DNA of 62,494 nucleotides from Neovahlkampfia damariscottae (Eukaryota): contig JABLTG010000125.1 of NCBI GenBank assembly GCA_016618085.1, positions 1 to 62,494 of the forward strand, read 5' to 3'. Within the stretch, counting starts at the first letter, position 1. Every line of letters starts with the position of its first letter. The translations under genes and the position numbers were made by a program. Shown piece by piece: positions 45,920 to 56,833 of the stretch. The notes below the pieces were generated by a model. That model made no database searches. It was given only the letters and a program-made list of their open reading frames with translations, and was not told the DNA's origin.

Positions 45920-47532
45920 ATGAAAAATGGGAATAGAAATACGATGAATCAGATAAGCTCACGTAAACCTTTAAAAATGGTTGAAAGAAAAAAAACTACA
46001 ATGGAATTAGTCAGACCAGAAGCATTAAAAAGAAAAACAGATTTTGATTTTTTTGGTGAAGAACAAACAAATTCACCAAAAACTCCATCAACCACAGACT
46101 CTAATAATCCTAAAATCAGAGAAGATTATTCAAAAATTTTCACAGAGAAATCTTTCCAACCACAATTTGAAGAGCCAAAAGTGGTTGAAGTTGTAATGGA
46201 AGGTTTCCTGATTAAACAAGGATCTCAATGGAAATCTTGGAAGAAGAGATTTTTTACTTTAAAGTCAGATGGTACATTAATTTATAAAGAGAAATTTCAA
46301 GTTTGAAAAAAAAAAAAAAAACAATTAAAATTCATCAAAGGATAAAAATCCGATAAAAATACTGAACATAACAGGTTGTAAATTATCAACAAATCCACCT
46401 GAAAAAAAGAAATTTAACTGTTTTAAAATTGAATTTCCAACACAAACAGATTTATATTTTCAAGCAATGAGTGAACAGGATTTTGATGCTTGGAGGAAAA
46501 GTATGAGATAAAAAAATCAATTCATTTTTTTATAAATTAGGTTTTTTACAGTGTGGTTGTCATACAGAAGAAAAACAGATTGATTCTTCAATAGACAAAG
46601 TTATTTTATATAAATCAATAGAAGTTTCAAAACAAAAAGTTATTCTGCCACAACAGTTGAATATTGGAAAGAAAATAGGTGAAGGAGCACAAGGTACTGT
46701 ATATTTAGTTGAATTAGACAACATACCAAATGTCCAATTATCAATCAAAATTTTTCCAAAAAAATTACTAACCGGTTTAAATGATTTAACTCAATGTATA
46801 AATGAAATAACTATATTAGAGTAAGTAATTAACTCATTAGAATAGTTTTTAATTTTTTAAATTCTTAGTTCTGTTCCTGAACATAAAAATGTCATAAAAT
46901 TTTATGGAGTTTGTGAATTTCCAGATACAATTGGAATAGTTTTCGAATATTGTCCTAATGGAAATTTAATTGATTTTATTTCAAAAAGAAAAGGTTTTGT
47001 TAATAAAACTGAAAAGATTCAAATTTTACTTGACATAGCCAATGGATTACATCATTTACATAAAAATAATATTATGCACAGAGACATCAAATGTGATAAT
47101 ATTTTAGTTTCAGATGATTATATAGTTAAATTAATCGATTTTGGATTGGCTGCAAAAAATAACAAAAAAAAAAAATTATCAATGAAAGTAGGAACAGCTG
47201 TTTATTGTGCACCAGAAGTAATTTCAACAACTAATTATACTGAAAAATGTGATGTTTTTTCATTTGGAATTATTATGTGGATTTTAGCTCATGAAAATGA
47301 GAAGTTTGATTTTTTCCTTTTAAATATTTTTTTTTCCAGTCCTTATGGTGAAGATCTATTTGAATCTGAAATTCTATCAAACATTCAAAATGATGAACAA
47401 TTTCGTCCAAAAATAGATGAAAAAAAAGTTGAAAAAGGATATCAAAGATTAATGATGTTATGTTGGTCTCAAAGTCCTTCTTTGAGACCTTCTTTTTCAA
47501 GTGTTATTGATACACTAAAATCGTTGAAATAA
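45920..47532 (+). CDS. PH-domain protein kinase (TKL-like), 4 introns
   Basis: EGFLIKQGSQWKSWKKRFF; IGEGAQGTV, HRDIKCDN, DFG, APE, DVFSFG. Confidence 0.92.
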
Positions 47533-47577
47533 AAATTTTTATTTTTTTTTTTTTTTGTGTATTAAAAATTTCTCAAA

Positions 47578-50500
47578 TCAGATTTTGAGTAAACCTGTTC
47601 TTTCCCAATATTTTGAGACGAAAACATGATTTGGATCTTCTTTCAAAATAAATTCTCTCCATTCTTTAAGTTTTGGATAAGAAGCAACAGCATCAGCCAT
47701 AATTTTAGGTGATAAATTTGGAAGCCAAGCAGGTGTTGTTTTACCCCAATGAAATCTAAATTTAAATCCTCTTAAATAAAAATGACTCCAAAATGTTTCC
47801 CAAACTTCTTTTTGTTCATTATCATTTGGACGATTTCTAAGAGCAGAAAATAATGAAAATCTAATAGCTCTTGTATTATAACAAGGACTCAGATAAAATT
47901 TTGAAACAGGACATGAATAAATTTCCCAATGAACCAATAAAGAAGAATATTGATTTTTATAAATTTTGTAAAAATCTTCTAAAGCATCAACAACTTCAGT
48001 TGCATTATTGGTATCAAGTGGAAAGAATATTTCAGACATTAAAATAACTTCATGACTATGAATTTCAGCTTGATTATCAAATGGTAAATTTAAGTAATAT
48101 CTTCCTTTATAAGCATCATCATCAATTGTTTTTAATAAATCAACCCAACATGATCCTAGAATTCTTGGTAATGGACCATTGATTTTTTTATAATCTGAAT
48201 TATATTTTGGTTTTTTATCAACCATATCAGTGTGTAATGCTTTAAGACATCTTTCAACTTGAATTCTTTCTTGTCTATTAGTAGCTCCGTCCATCGCAAT
48301 TTTAAGTAATTTTGCATTACAAACATCTGAGTTTAATTCTTTTTTGCAAATATCAAATTTTTGTTGAATAGTTTCAGCACCCATTGTGATACTTAAAATA
48401 GGTTGTGGATAAAAATTAATTAATTCTTGATTCTTTTCTTTTCCATCACAATTATGTGTTTTATCAAATGGTATTTTCATACGATTTGCAATAGTTGTGA
48501 TTGCTGATGATTTCCATTGATGATATTGGTCCATTCCACCAACCATTAGAATTCTACTATAATCTTGTGATTCATCTAATAAAGCATGTTCAATTGCATT
48601 TTTACCACTTTTTTTTATAAATGGATCATCTAATGCTTTCGTTGTAACATGAACACAATATCTTGGTTCTGGAGCAAGTATAATTTCATAAAAAACACCT
48701 GCAAGACCCATAGAAATACCAACTGAATAAAATTCTTCTTCTGTTTTTGTATCATTTTTCCAAGCTTCTCTTAATTGTCCAAGTCCATTAATCCATCTAT
48801 AACCAATAACAGCTTGTTTTAATTGATAATGAACACTTCCTCCTTGAGTATCTGTTGATAAAAATCCACTTAAAGTTTGTAAAGAAATTCCAGAAAGATG
48901 AGGAAGACCAAGTCCATCTTGCCATAATTTATAAGTTAATGAATTTTCAAGTGTGCATCCTGGGTTATACATACTTTCACCTAAACAAATACCAGCACCT
49001 GCAATGACAATTTTTCTTCCATTTTCTTCACGCATTTCATAATGACGAAAACTTCTCATTGAAACATGTTGTACTCTAGTATCATAAGTAGCAGTGTGTA
49101 AATGAATTGGATATGAATGATATGAACCTCCAGCTCGTATAATTTTACCAGATTTACCAGCATTAAGTATTAATTGTTTTAATTCTTTTACATTTTTTGG
49201 TTGAACTTGAGGTGGATGCTTAACAACTGTTGGATTAACTGAAACCATTGAACATTGTGTTTGATTAAAATCAAGCATTTTATGTGAAAATAATGAAGGA
49301 GAGTTTAAATTTAATTTTGTGTTGTGACATTGATGAATTGAACATTCAAGACCAAATCCATAATAAGCAACAAATCCACAACCAAATACAGCCCAAAAAC
49401 CACTTAAACCCATGAAAATAGATTGAATAATGGTACCAAAAGTGTAATTAGTTTTTTTTAGTTTTGGAGCCATAACAAAAATGATAACAAATAAAAGAAG
49501 TAATCCAGCAATTCCAATAATAGCACGACCAAACAAAGCTCTTAAACATTCAAGATTTCTTGTTTCTTCAATAAGACGTAATTTTCCATTTTTTGCAAAT
49601 CTAATAGCAAAAATCATACCAATAATACCCATAGATTGACCAAAAATTTGAAAGTTATATTTATCTAAACGTCTTGCTTGAAGAAAATTTGTTTGAGATG
49701 TTTTTTCTTCTTTTTTTGTATTATAAACAGCTGTATCAGACCATTTGTCTAAAACTTCACGATGAGGAAGAGCAAATGATTTTCTTAATAAAAATAAAAT
49801 TGAATAAACTAAGAATGGAAAAGCAATAGCAAGTGCAATTTGTTCATTTTCTTCTAATTTAGTTACCCAGTCAATAACATCGATTTTTACAAAAAGAAAA
49901 GCTTGAGTTACACCAAAGATCCATCCAATAATAACATGTGACCATGGATGAACACCTAAATAAACTCTACTAACTCCAGCAAGAAATGAAAAAATTGTTA
50001 AAAATATTCCAAAAAATCCAGTATCAAGTTTTAACATTAAAAGTGCTACAAAAGTTGCACTTGTCGTTGCATGTGAAGATGGAAATGAATAGTCTTGTTC
50101 CCATATCGCTCCAATATTTTGAACTCCTTTCTTGACCCAGAATGGTCTTGGTTTTTGGTAAACCCATTTTAAAAATCCATTGAATATTTCAGCTAAAGAT
50201 GAATTTGCAAGAAAAGCAGGTCCAACATCAACAGGTGCTGTAAAAGTCAAAGTAGGTCCTAAAAAAACAAAAAATTCATCTGTTACTAAATAACGGAGAA
50301 AAAATGCTAATTTATCAAACCAAGGACTTCTGATTTTTTGAAAACTTTCAACTCTTGTAGCTTCAGCAGCGTCATCAATAAAAGGAATTATGATAAAGCA
50401 AAGTAGACTTAAAGCAATAAGAAAGTATAAAGTAAGGTGAAATTTATCAGTTTTGATCGTAAAAGGTATTTTTTCTTCACAAATATCGTTTCCAGCAAAA

Positions 50501-50919
50501 CGTTTTTCAAAAGCGGAAACAGAAAAACTTAAAGAGTCTTCAGTGAGTTTTCTAACTTTAAGTTCTATATCTTTGTGTTTCACGTATAAATTGTCTTCAC
50601 TTCTGGTAAAAAGCATTCCATTTTTTTCAGCACCTTTTGATAGTTTAACGGATTTTGTTGAAACTGTAAAGTCGTATTTTGGAAACTGACAGAATACTTT
50701 TTTGATGGCATAGTTATTTCCTTGAGTTTCTGTAGTGAAGTTACAAGTAACTGAGTTCAAGTTGAGGTGCATGTTTTTTAAGTCTTTGACCTCGTTCGTG
50801 TTTCCGTTGATGTGGAAAGTGTTTCCTTGTACATTACAAAGACGAAAGCGTTGAGCAGTAGTAAAAGCGAACAGAAGTATCAGCAACAGAGCTGTGTTGA
50901 GTTTGCTGAATAATGTCAT
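47578..50919 (-). CDS. Fusion of PAP2-family multi-TM phosphatase and FAD-linked aldonolactone oxidase (ALO/GULO-like)
   Basis: Signal peptide; KWVYQKPRP, SFPSSH, SRVYLGVH (PAP2); IRAGGSYHS FAD motif and C-terminal RFHWGK; one intronless ORF. Confidence 0.85.
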   Translation of the reverse strand: MTLFSKLNTALLLILLFAFTTAQRFRLCNVQGNTFHINGNTNEVKDLKNMHLNLNSVTCNFTTETQGNNYAIKKVFCQFPKYDFTVSTKSVKLSKGAEKNGMLFTRSEDNLYVKHKDIELKVRKLTEDSLSFSVSAFEKRFAGNDICEEKIPFTIKTDKFHLTLYFLIALSLLCFIIIPFIDDAAEATRVESFQKIRSPWFDKLAFFLRYLVTDEFFVFLGPTLTFTAPVDVGPAFLANSSLAEIFNGFLKWVYQKPRPFWVKKGVQNIGAIWEQDYSFPSSHATTSATFVALLMLKLDTGFFGIFLTIFSFLAGVSRVYLGVHPWSHVIIGWIFGVTQAFLFVKIDVIDWVTKLEENEQIALAIAFPFLVYSILFLLRKSFALPHREVLDKWSDTAVYNTKKEEKTSQTNFLQARRLDKYNFQIFGQSMGIIGMIFAIRFAKNGKLRLIEETRNLECLRALFGRAIIGIAGLLLLFVIIFVMAPKLKKTNYTFGTIIQSIFMGLSGFWAVFGCGFVAYYGFGLECSIHQCHNTKLNLNSPSLFSHKMLDFNQTQCSMVSVNPTVVKHPPQVQPKNVKELKQLILNAGKSGKIIRAGGSYHSYPIHLHTATYDTRVQHVSMRSFRHYEMREENGRKIVIAGAGICLGESMYNPGCTLENSLTYKLWQDGLGLPHLSGISLQTLSGFLSTDTQGGSVHYQLKQAVIGYRWINGLGQLREAWKNDTKTEEEFYSVGISMGLAGVFYEIILAPEPRYCVHVTTKALDDPFIKKSGKNAIEHALLDESQDYSRILMVGGMDQYHQWKSSAITTIANRMKIPFDKTHNCDGKEKNQELINFYPQPILSITMGAETIQQKFDICKKELNSDVCNAKLLKIAMDGATNRQERIQVERCLKALHTDMVDKKPKYNSDYKKINGPLPRILGSCWVDLLKTIDDDAYKGRYYLNLPFDNQAEIHSHEVILMSEIFFPLDTNNATEVVDALEDFYKIYKNQYSSLLVHWEIYSCPVSKFYLSPCYNTRAIRFSLFSALRNRPNDNEQKEVWETFWSHFYLRGFKFRFHWGKTTPAWLPNLSPKIMADAVASYPKLKEWREFILKEDPNHVFVSKYWERTGLLKI

Positions 50920-51325
50920 GACGTTGACCAATAAGAAAAGACATACCAAATGCGGTTGATTAATAACAATTGGTCAACTACATGTTTCCTACAAATTTGG
51001 GAAAATTGAAAACTGTTTTAGGTGTACACTGTTACTAAAATAAGAACAACATTTTTTTTCAGCACTGTAAAATGATTCAAATTCAATTTGAAACCTTGTT
51101 GGATTTTTTGAGAATGCAATTAATTGGTTGGAGAAAGAAATTCTAAATTTGGATTATTCTTCATTTTGAATTTGAAGTGGATTTTCAGTTTGAACTTGCT
51201 TTGTTGATCTATTATCAAACTGGGGTGGTCAAAAAAGAAGTAATATTGTGTTGTGGATGAAATACCAAATTTGGAAATTGGAAACATTGAAAGAGAAAAA
51301 ATGACTCAATTTAGACTTTATTGCA

Positions 51326-52561
51326 TTATCCAATTAGCACTGCTGAAAATGTTTCATTCTTACCAACAGTTGAAGATTGAGTTAACGTTCCATTACTTGC
51401 CATTGAAACATAAGTTGATCTCCAAGTAAATAAACTAAAAGTGGATGAAGAAACAGCATTAACAGTGAACCATTCCCATTCCAAGCAATGCGGTTGTTGA
51501 AGATACAAACCATTTGAATTCGCACAAATATAAGTTCCATTCATAGTCTTAAGTCCATATTTACCGTTTGACTGAAGAACCAATGTGAATTTTTCGGCAT
51601 CCGAAATCTTCTTTGAATGTGAATAATTGTGAGTTCCTTTCGCTCCAACAGATAAGTATTCACCATGAGAGTTTTTTAAAGCAATAATTCTTCCATTTTT
51701 GAATCCAGAAGCACCTAGACCTGATTTTGATCCTCTCATTTGGTATTTTGGAGGCAATTCATCTCCAGTCACTAAATATTCCAATGCAGTAATCCATTCA
51801 TCTTCAGGACAAACACCAGAAGCTCTGACGATGGTGTATAAATCTTCAGATGACATCAATGGATACCGAATTAATTTCATAATATCTTCAGTCAATACTC
51901 CTTTCAATTCTTCTCCAGGACTTAATTTTGATCTTCCCCATCTTAGAACATGATTCATTAAATCAATTTCTTCAATTAATAATTCATCATTTTGAAGAAT
52001 CATAAGTAGAGTATGTTTATCCAAATTTAAAAAGTCTTTGGTTTCAAAAACATCTGATGGTTTTTTTGCTAATAATGAAATACAAGCAGAAATGAAAATA
52101 TCATCGTAGTATTTTTCAGTTCCTGAACGTGCTTTTGTGATGAGAGAAAGTACAGAATCTATTTTTACTTTTTTCATCATTTCATTGAAACAAAGTTTTT
52201 TCAATTCAGAAAGTTTGAATTTTTCAGCTAATGGAAGAACAATTTTCCATGAATCTCCTTGCAGGTTTGGTTTTCCAGAGTATAAAAATCTTAACAATTC
52301 TAAAACTGCTTTTGGTTCGTATTCTTCGTTGAGAATAATTTTTTTAATAGCTGGGTTTTCTTTGAATACCCTTTTGAATTCAGTTGAACGAGATTCTAAA
52401 ATTACTTTGTGAGAAAAAAAAGTTTCAAAAGAAGAAATTATTTGAAAGTCGTGGCTTGGTTCATCATTGAGAATATTTCCAAAATCAATTGCGTACTGTG
52501 GTATATCTTGAAATTTTTGTGGTTTAGTTTGAAAACTAACTGCGTTGTATAACTCGGTCAT
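51326..52561 (-). CDS. BTB-BACK protein with C-terminal fascin-like beta-trefoil
   Basis: SHKVILESRS, LLRFLYSG, LIRYPLMS; IALKNSHGEYLS, YGLKTMNGTYI, EWEWF. Start set at ATG 52561. Confidence 0.85.
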   Translation of the reverse strand: MTELYNAVSFQTKPQKFQDIPQYAIDFGNILNDEPSHDFQIISSFETFFSHKVILESRSTEFKRVFKENPAIKKIILNEEYEPKAVLELLRFLYSGKPNLQGDSWKIVLPLAEKFKLSELKKLCFNEMMKKVKIDSVLSLITKARSGTEKYYDDIFISACISLLAKKPSDVFETKDFLNLDKHTLLMILQNDELLIEEIDLMNHVLRWGRSKLSPGEELKGVLTEDIMKLIRYPLMSSEDLYTIVRASGVCPEDEWITALEYLVTGDELPPKYQMRGSKSGLGASGFKNGRIIALKNSHGEYLSVGAKGTHNYSHSKKISDAEKFTLVLQSNGKYGLKTMNGTYICANSNGLYLQQPHCLEWEWFTVNAVSSSTFSLFTWRSTYVSMASNGTLTQSSTVGKNETFSAVLIG

Positions 52562-52778
52562 CTGAAAACTAAAAATAAATAAAATTGAGCCTATCAGACG
52601 GCGGATTGAAATGATTGAACGAATTATCAAAAGGATAAATGAAGGTGTAATTTGTATCATAAACAATTTTATGTATCAAATTATTTTAAATTTGAATTCA
52701 ATTCCTTCAAAATTAAGGTTTCAATTCCAAACTTTGGAGACTTCTCCTTTTGAAGAATATTCAAACAACCATTTGGAG

Positions 52779-53261
52779 TCATTTTTTATTCCAAAATACT
52801 TGATAATGAGAAACTTCTGGAATTGACATTTTTGGGTTTTCATACCAGATAAATTCAAAATTATTCTCTCCAACCAATTCAGTCAAAGCCAGACTGATGT
52901 CATTTGTTATGTTTTCTTCTGTTTCACTTTCGTATGAGTACCACATAACGTAGTGGTTTCCTTCTTCTAATTGATAAGGAAATTTATTTGGAAGGAAAAT
53001 TTTTTGTTTTTCAATAAAAACATGATCTTTGTCAATTTTATGTTTACCATCAATTCTTTGTGATTTGACTTTAAAAATTGTTTTTAAAATGTAATCGTAA
53101 TTTGAGTGAAAATTGTTGTTAACATTTTGTAAAAAATACTCTTTCTCTTTTTTTGAGTGCAATGAGGGCCTAATTTGTTGTTTATTTGGTATCCATTTAT
53201 GATGTTTATGATATTCTTCCAATGTTTCGTGATTTGAGTCAATTTTACTGTTGAGTTTCAT
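52779..53261 (-). CDS. DUF3605/GIG1-like protein
   Basis: PNKFPYQL...HYVMWY...WYENPKMSIPEVSHYQVF; start set at ATG 53261 because the ORF-track extension overlaps the neighbouring gene. Confidence 0.65.
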   Translation of the reverse strand: MKLNSKIDSNHETLEEYHKHHKWIPNKQQIRPSLHSKKEKEYFLQNVNNNFHSNYDYILKTIFKVKSQRIDGKHKIDKDHVFIEKQKIFLPNKFPYQLEEGNHYVMWYSYESETEENITNDISLALTELVGENNFEFIWYENPKMSIPEVSHYQVFWNKK

Positions 53262-53313
53262 GAGTTGTGGAATAAATCGAAGTGATTGGTGAGGTAATTT
53301 CCACCAATTAAAT

Positions 53314-54298
53314 ATGTCTACATCAATTGAAGATTTATCATTTCTTGTTACTGGAGGAGCATCTGGTTTAGGTTTGATCAATAAAAAAACCAACTAAATT
53401 TCCCAAAAGGTGCTGGTGTTGTTGAAAAATTACATGCACAAGGAGCTAACGTTGTAATTTGTGATTTAAATGAAGAATTAGGAAACAAATTGGTTGAATC
53501 TCTTGGAGACAAGGTTGTTTTTTCAAAATGTAATGTTGCTAGTGAAGGTAAAAAAAAAATAAAAAAAAATAATGAATGAAAAGAGGATGCACAAAAAGCT
53601 GTTGATTTATGTATCAAAACATTTGGCTCTGTGCATGGACTTGTAAACTGTGCTGGAATTGGATTCGCGTCTAAAGTCGTAAATAAGTTTGGACCTCATA
53701 AATTGTCCATTTTTGAAAAAGTTATCAAAGGTGAGAAGCAAAACAAAATTTTAACTTCAAAAAAGTTAACCTCATTGGATCTTTCAACATGTTAAGAATT
53801 GTTGCTCAACAAATGTCAAAACAACAACCATACACAAAAGATGGAGAAAGAGGTGTCATTGTTAATGTTGCTTCTGTTGCTGCATGTAAACCTTTTTTTT
53901 TTTCTAAAGTTTTTCAGATGAAGGGTAAAACAACTGACTGTTTTTTTTTTTATTTTTTACAGACAAATTGGTCAAGCTGCTTATTCAGCTTCAAAAGGAG
54001 GTATTGTTTCAATGACCATTCCAATAGCAAGAGAGTTAGCTAGATATGGAATTAGAATTTGTACTGTAGCTCCTGGTTTAATGGAAACTCCAATGACTGC
54101 TATGATGCCAAAGAAAGTTAAAGAAAGTCTCGAAAAACAAGTTCCATTTCCAGGCAGATTTGGATCAACAGAAGAATTTGCTTCAATGTAAGACGAAATT
54201 TTTTTAAATTTGAAAGTTGTCATACAATCATCACAAATCCATACTTAAATGGAGAAACTATCAGATTAGATGGAGCTATTAGAATGTCTGCAATGTAA
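53314..54298 (+). CDS. HSD17B10: 3-hydroxyacyl-CoA dehydrogenase type 2 (SDR), 6 introns, 7-nt microexon
   Basis: [62 protein letters not shown]. Confidence 0.95.
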
Positions 54299-54432
54299 AT
54301 CAAAAAAAAAAAAATAAATTTTGATTTGAACCAAATCATACTATTTGCAAAATGAAAACATGAAACAGAAGAAACAAAAAAAATTTTTATCTTCTAATTC
54401 CTTCAACAAAAATTCTTTTTCACTTCTTAAAT

Positions 54433-55529
54433 TCATAATTCAATTCCCATTGAATAAATCACCAAACAAAAGGTATCAAAATTTTGATTTCTTTGAATTT
54501 CATTCAAATATTGATTATCATCACCAGAATCTAAAATAATAGAAAATTCTTTTGTAACACCTGAAACAATATTTGCAATGTAATTTTTTTGTTCAAAACT
54601 TAATTTGGAAATAATTTGATTAATTTTGAAATTAAAAACATCAAATGATTCATCACATAAATTTTTCAAAATTGAAGTGAATTCTTTTCCTTCAATGATA
54701 TCTCTTAATTCGGAAATTAATACTGTCAAATTTTTTTGTTGGATTTTTGAATCTTCTTCTTCTGGTGGTAATAATATTGATGATAAATTCATTATATCAT
54801 CTGTTTGTTCTAAAAGAAAATTTTCAACTCTCGTTCTGATTTTTAAAATAACCAATGAAATCTCTTCATAACTACACACTTTCTTCAAAGAAAAATTCTT
54901 TAGTTCTTCATCTACAATCTTATTAACGAAAACTGAAAATTTTTTGAATGATTCTTCTTGAAATTTTGATGAATAATTTAAAAATCTAAATTTAAAAAAA
55001 ATTAAAAAAAAAAAATTTGTTTTTTGGGTTACTCTTGTTGTTCTTCTATTGATATTTCCATATATTCTTCAACTTTTTCTTCTTTTTCAATATATTTTAT
55101 AAGTAAATATCGACCCATCATAAAAATCTGAACTGAAACCATCATATGAATAAAAACTAAAGAATAAATAGCAACTATAGATCTTGAAAATGATGAACAT
55201 TTAATCTCTTCCCAAATTTTTTTTTTATCTTCCGAAGTTAAATCTTTCACAGATCTTAAAGTTGTAAAAAGTTCTTCTAAATTATTTTGTTCTGTTAAAG
55301 CATTCAAAGTTCTTGCAAGAACAGTTCTAACAGCTGTATTTGAAATATTATGATTTGTTTGATAAAGTTGTCTCATTGAATTGAAATATGATTTTTTTGT
55401 TTCTTCTTCAAGTTTTTTGATTAAATTATCTTGGTACATATAATAAACAACTCCTGATAAAGCAGTTCCAATTAGGAGTTTTTTTTTATTTCTCTTTCCA
55501 AATTCAATGAGTGAGTTGATGTATTCCAT
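54433..55529 (-). CDS. PEX3: Peroxin-3 (1 intron)
   Basis: Basic motif plus TM (KRNKKKLLIGTALSGVVYY), KKKIWEEIKCSSFSRSIVAIYS, VQIFMMGRYL. Confidence 0.85.
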
Positions 55530-55608
55530 TTTTATTGGTTATTGGTAAACGAACCAATAATTTTATACTTAATCAACGGAAAAAAAAAAAACTTGAGGAA
55601 AGCTTGTT

Positions 55609-56484
55609 ATGAGTGATTTAAATAATGAAGAAGAAAGCAGTAAAGCTCCACAAGAAGAAAAAAATGACTGGAACGAAGAAGAAAACAATTCAAAATTTCC
55701 TCAAGAAACAAGTGAACAGAAAGATGAACAAGAAACTACAAATGTGAAAGTAGAGGAAACAAGTGATTGGAATAAAGATGATGAAGATCAAAGTTCGAAA
55801 TTTCCACAAGAAGAAACAAGCGACTGGAACAAAGACGAGGAAGAAAGTTCGAAATTTCCACAAGAAGAAGAAGAAGATCAAAGTTCGAAATTTCCACCAC
55901 AGGAAGTAGTACTAACACCTGTTGTACAATCAGAAGGAAAAAAAACGGATTCTGATGTTGCCGAAATTCAAGTTGAAATTCTGCCATCAAATCCAGGAGA
56001 TAGAGAAGAAGCAGAAAGAAAACATAAATTAATGAACCAAAAACCAGTAGATTCAAATGACAAAAATAGTTTAATTCATCACGAAGGATATTTGTACAAA
56101 GTGTCAACTGAAAAAACTCATGCTCATAAAAGGTATCTGAAAGCTGACAAACAAAGCAAAAAAGTTGAATTATCTATTTGGAAAGATAAGAATTCAAAAG
56201 AAACTTCACCTCTTCAACACTTTTTTTTTTCCGAATCAGTTGAAGTTGTAACGACTGAATCATTCAAACCAACAAAAAAATCACCAACTTGTCCAAAAGA
56301 TAAAGAATTTAAATATTGTATTAAAATTAAACCTTCAAGAGGAAAAGAAAAAGAAGTTGTGCTTTGGTCAAGTCATGAAAAAACAGTAAGAGCATGGGAG
56401 ACTGCTTTAAATGATATGGTAAATCTTATAAGAGTTGAACAGGCTCAAAAAAAAGCTGAACAAATAAGTTGTAATATTTTATAA
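55609..56484 (+). CDS. Acidic-repeat PH-domain protein with C-terminal CaaX (CNIL)
   Basis: HEGYLYK...AWETAL PH signature; CNIL suggests geranylgeranylation. Confidence 0.8.
   Translation: MSDLNNEEESSKAPQEEKNDWNEEENNSKFPQETSEQKDEQETTNVKVEETSDWNKDDEDQSSKFPQEETSDWNKDEEESSKFPQEEEEDQSSKFPPQEVVLTPVVQSEGKKTDSDVAEIQVEILPSNPGDREEAERKHKLMNQKPVDSNDKNSLIHHEGYLYKVSTEKTHAHKRYLKADKQSKKVELSIWKDKNSKETSPLQHFFFSESVEVVTTESFKPTKKSPTCPKDKEFKYCIKIKPSRGKEKEVVLWSSHEKTVRAWETALNDMVNLIRVEQAQKKAEQISCNIL
55612..55900 (+). repeat. Degenerate coding tandem repeat (DWNKDEEESSKFPQEETS-like, about 5 units)
   Basis: Recurrent AGTTCGAAATTTCCAC and GA(C/T)TGGAA(C/T) blocks. Confidence 0.8.
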
Positions 56485-56833
56485 ATTTTTTCATTATATT
56501 TTTTCATTATATTTTTTATGGAATATATTTTTCATTCATTTTTTTTGTTGTAGAATTTTATAAATTTGAAGAGGTATATTTTTATAACGTACAAAAAAAG
56601 AACTATCAAAATTATATCTGAATATCCTAACGCTACTACTTTAACATTTGTATTTTCAAATTTTTGTTCAGACATTCTTGTTTGTCCACGTATTGAGGAA
56701 AAGCAATTTCATTGGGCACAATATTAAATTTATTGAATAATGGTTAATGGGAATGAATTATGAAATAACTTGGTTTTGCCTTAAATTCTTGACTGGTTGA
56801 AAAAAAAAACCAATTGGAAAAGAAGAATTGAAT

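Noticed and set aside
55612..55900. CRISPR-like repeat array
   Set aside because: Repeats are in-frame, degenerate and coding, with no unique spacers or cas genes.
56485..56560. TTTTTTCATTATA short tandem repeats
   Set aside because: Low-complexity 3' UTR sequence expected in an AT-rich genome.
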